From assembly GCA_950097015.1 (NCBI GenBank), contig CATNEN010000007.1, positions 1,116,001 to 1,180,000 of the forward strand: a stretch of 64,000 nucleotides of DNA, written 5' to 3'. Both the position numbers and the translations under genes were made by a program. Below, piece after piece: positions 61,150 through 64,000 of the stretch. Every line of letters begins with the position of its first letter. Positions within the stretch are counted from its first letter, which is position 1. The notes below the pieces were generated by a model, which saw nothing but the letters and a program-made list of their open reading frames with translations, made no database searches and had not been told where the DNA came from. The DNA is from Macrostomum hystrix. Lineage: Eukaryota; Animalia; Platyhelminthes.

Positions 61150-62168
61150 TCACAAGCGGAACAGATCGAAAAGCCAGTTGATTTCTGCGGCACTTCGGTA
61201 GTCATTGGCCAGAGCGATCAGCCTGACCTGGCCCTTAAACCAGTAGTTGTAGGAGCTGTCCGAGGCGCCGAACCGGATGCATCTTCGAGGCGCAGCGCCC
61301 AGATAATCGCGCCTCGAATAGTTGAAGTTGGCACTGTCGATGAAGCTGCGGTTGTAGTACATAGAAGCTGCCTCCGTCAGGTTGGACACTGCGACGCCCA
61401 AGTCCACCCACTGGTCGTTGGTTTCAGCCAGCAGCACGCGGCCAGCTCGAGTCTCCACTTTGAGCAGCGGCAGCAGCCTGCCGTAGGAATCGTAGAACAA
61501 AGCGCCGGGTCCCTTCCACTCCCACATGTTGGCGCCCATGGCCCCGTTCACGCAGTTGTAGTTGTCCAGGTACGGCTGCGACTGCGGATAGCGCTTGATG
61601 CGAAGCAGCCAAGTCAGGCCTCGGGTCCAGTGGAAGTCGTCAGCGTCAGCTGCGAATTCACGCCGTTGAGGCGCGGAGGGGCGCCGACGTAGTCGTAGAC
61701 AATGTTCTGGTCGGCAAAGTTGGCCTGAACGCCGTCTCGACAAACGAGGTTGCAAAGCCCCATTTTCGCCCTGACGCTGGGAATCCAAACGCCATCAAAG
61801 ACTAGTCTCATGTCCAGAGCAGTCGAGTCGACGTAGGTAGTGCAAGCCGGTGGTAAAAGTGCAGCGGACGCCTTTTTGGGAAATACCTGGGCGCACACGT
61901 CTTGCAGAGCAAACGCCGAGCATTGTTGAATGTGCGGGCTGTACTGGATGACGCAGAGGTCGCACTGCAGCTGAGGTACTCTAGACATGGCAATCAAACA
62001 GCTGCGGCTGTCAGTCAAACTCCAAAGTTGAGCAACTGCAAGCGAGTCGGAGAGACAGTCGGTGACAGCGTCGAGGCTGCGAAAGCGCCGAGTGCAGCCC
62101 CTGCTCGTGACAACCAGCCGCTGTTGAAGCAGCAGCTGCAGAAGGAGCAGTAGCACTGCAAGCGACAT
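61150..62168 (-). CDS. Secreted Cys-rich (PAN/apple-like) plus LamG/ConA-like protein, interrupted by a 1-nt frameshift
   Basis: ATG at 62168 with signal peptide MSLAVLLLLLQLLLQQ. Frame A runs to RLNGVNSQLTL and frame B continues DDFHWTRGLTWLLRIK...FKGQVRLIAL to the stop at 61150. One extra base near 61641 gives a 339-aa ORF. Domain names come from motif resemblance only. Confidence 0.55.
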
Positions 62169-63254
62169 CTAGCTGAAATTGAGGTGCTGAAATTGAAATT
62201 TATTTGCTTCATCATCATCTTTTATCCATCGCATCGAGCAGAATCTGCTCCAAAGTGGCAAGAAAATCTGCCCCAGCTCGTGCTGGGAGACATTGTTTCG
62301 CCTGTCAACAAAATCTCTTACAGGCAACACGAGAACAATGCTCTTTTGTTTGTTTGAGTGAAAAGAATTAGTAAATAATGATTGACATTCCAGCACTCAA
62401 TGCATTCCCAGACAAGTTTTTGTGGCCCTCAAAACACCTGTACCCGATTCCCACGGCACTATATTCGTACCCGGGCATTAAGGGCGTAAATGTGATTCAT
62501 CAGGCATCATTTTACAGAAAGTCACGAACTTGAAGCTTCAGAAGAGGAGCCAGTTCAGCTCTTGGACCGAAGACAATTGGCAGGGCGCTCGAGCTTCAGA
62601 ATGGTAGGTGGCGTTCCTCCAAGATCAGCAGGAGGCCGAAGACTGCCATCCATGCTACTCGATGTCGTTGATCATTGTGCTTTGCGACATGATTTATTCC
62701 CTAAGTTTAGCTGTTAACGGAGTTCTCATGTTGAAGGAAATTCTCAGAAATTAATAAACGAAATTTTATCATTTTCTTAACAAAAATGATTTCAGTGTTT
62801 TTTAACTAAAAAAGAATTCATGATGCAAAAATTGTTTGTCATTCATTTCGGCTGCCTCCAAAAGTGTACAAAACTGATTAAACTTACTTATAATGTATTT
62901 ATATTGTATAGACAATATCGTAGCAAATCAGCTTCTTCCACGCGAGCGAACAACGGGAATAAAAGAGAAGGAAAAATCTTCGTAAAGAAGAGACGCAAGT
63001 AATAAAAAAATTATTTTGGACTTTCATTAATAAAACTTTTATTCACAAATGACAGATCATAGCATTAATTGAACTTTAATTCGAATATAGGACTGTACAG
63101 TTTTTTTTATTCTTATGTCAAATTGTGGATTGGGTTCGGTGCTGAAAAGGCACTGCGTTGGGTTCTTCGTGGGATTATTGTTAATTCTATTATGTAGTGG
63201 TGCCGATGGATGGCTGAAGCTATATGAGGTGGTTAACCGAGTTTGATTTCGGTA

Positions 63255-63510
63255 GAGGAGTGAGGTCGTTGGCGGAGTGAGGTGGTTGGCGGAGTGAGGT
63301 GGTTGGCGGAGTGAGGTGGTTGGCGGAGTGAGGTGGTTGGCGGAGTGAGGTGGTTGGCGGAGTGAGGTGGTTGGCGGAGTGAGGTGGTTGGCGGAGTGAG
63401 GCGGTTGGCGGAGTGAGGTGGTTGGCGGAGTGAGGTGGTTGACAGAGTGAGGTGGCTGGTGGAGTGAGGTGGCTGGTGGAGTGAGGTGTTTGTCGGAGTG
63501 AGATTGAGTG
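63255..63510. repeat. 17-bp minisatellite (GGCGGAGTGAGGTGGTT)n
   Basis: About 14 copies. Confidence 0.92.
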
Positions 63511-64000
63511 AGTTGGATTATTCACATAGTTTCGGTGATGGAGTTTGATTAGTCTCCGCTGTTCAGGTTGAGAAGTTTGTTCGTCGGATGAAAGTAAAAA
63601 AAATGAAGTAAATTTGATTTGAAATTTCTTTTTCTGTTGTATCTTTAAAGTTTGATCATTTTAAAAAGCAGATAATTCAATAGAGGTGCTCCGATTTGTT
63701 CGAAAACACGAGCTCATTTAATTAAACACAAGTAAGACTTGAAATGTTGCAGGGAAAGACTTATTGCAGCATAAAACAAACATCCAAGAGTGTTGATCAA
63801 ACTGAAGCGGATGTCTCTTCTCCATCTGGATCATTGTAAATTGTGAGCTGCATTTATCAAACAGAGACAGCCGCAGTATGATCTCTCAGACTACAACTTC
63901 GTAGACTATCTTTCGACCTTGTCTGTAGCCGGACTCAAAGCTGTACGGGTCCGTGTCTGGAATGGAAGCAGGAAAGTTTAGCTCATTTTCTCTGAAATTC

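Overview
Eukaryotic (animal) genomic DNA with spliceosomal GT-AG introns, GC-rich exons, AT-rich spacers and about 20 different minisatellite arrays. The style suggests a free-living flatworm such as Macrostomum; this is an inference and was not tested. Genes reconstructed by hand from splice sites and reading phase: (1) + strand, a ~3000-aa plakin-domain/SH3 protein whose tail is ~53 copies of a Cys-containing 24-aa repeat plus 25-aa and 72-aa repeats (8250-21433, one frame break near 14.9 kb); (2) + cytosolic sulfotransferase; (3) - GABA-B-like class C GPCR, 14 exons, one GC-AG intron; (4) + intronless Arf GTPase; (5) - ATG4C/D-like protease lacking a visible start exon; (6) - intronless RPL9 directly upstream of ATG4; (7) - intronless CYP2-clan P450; (8) + somatomedin-B/Cys-rich multi-pass receptor-like protein; (9) + ankyrin-repeat TRP channel; (10) - secreted Cys-rich/LamG-like gene with a 1-nt frameshift. 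Mobile DNA comprises two hAT-type MITEs and two tRNA-derived SINE families, several copies with target-site duplications. Most long ORFs in the supplied track are artefacts of non-coding minisatellites. The best candidate for something undescribed is the plakin-headed giant repeat protein. All coordinates were read by eye and may be off by a few bases.
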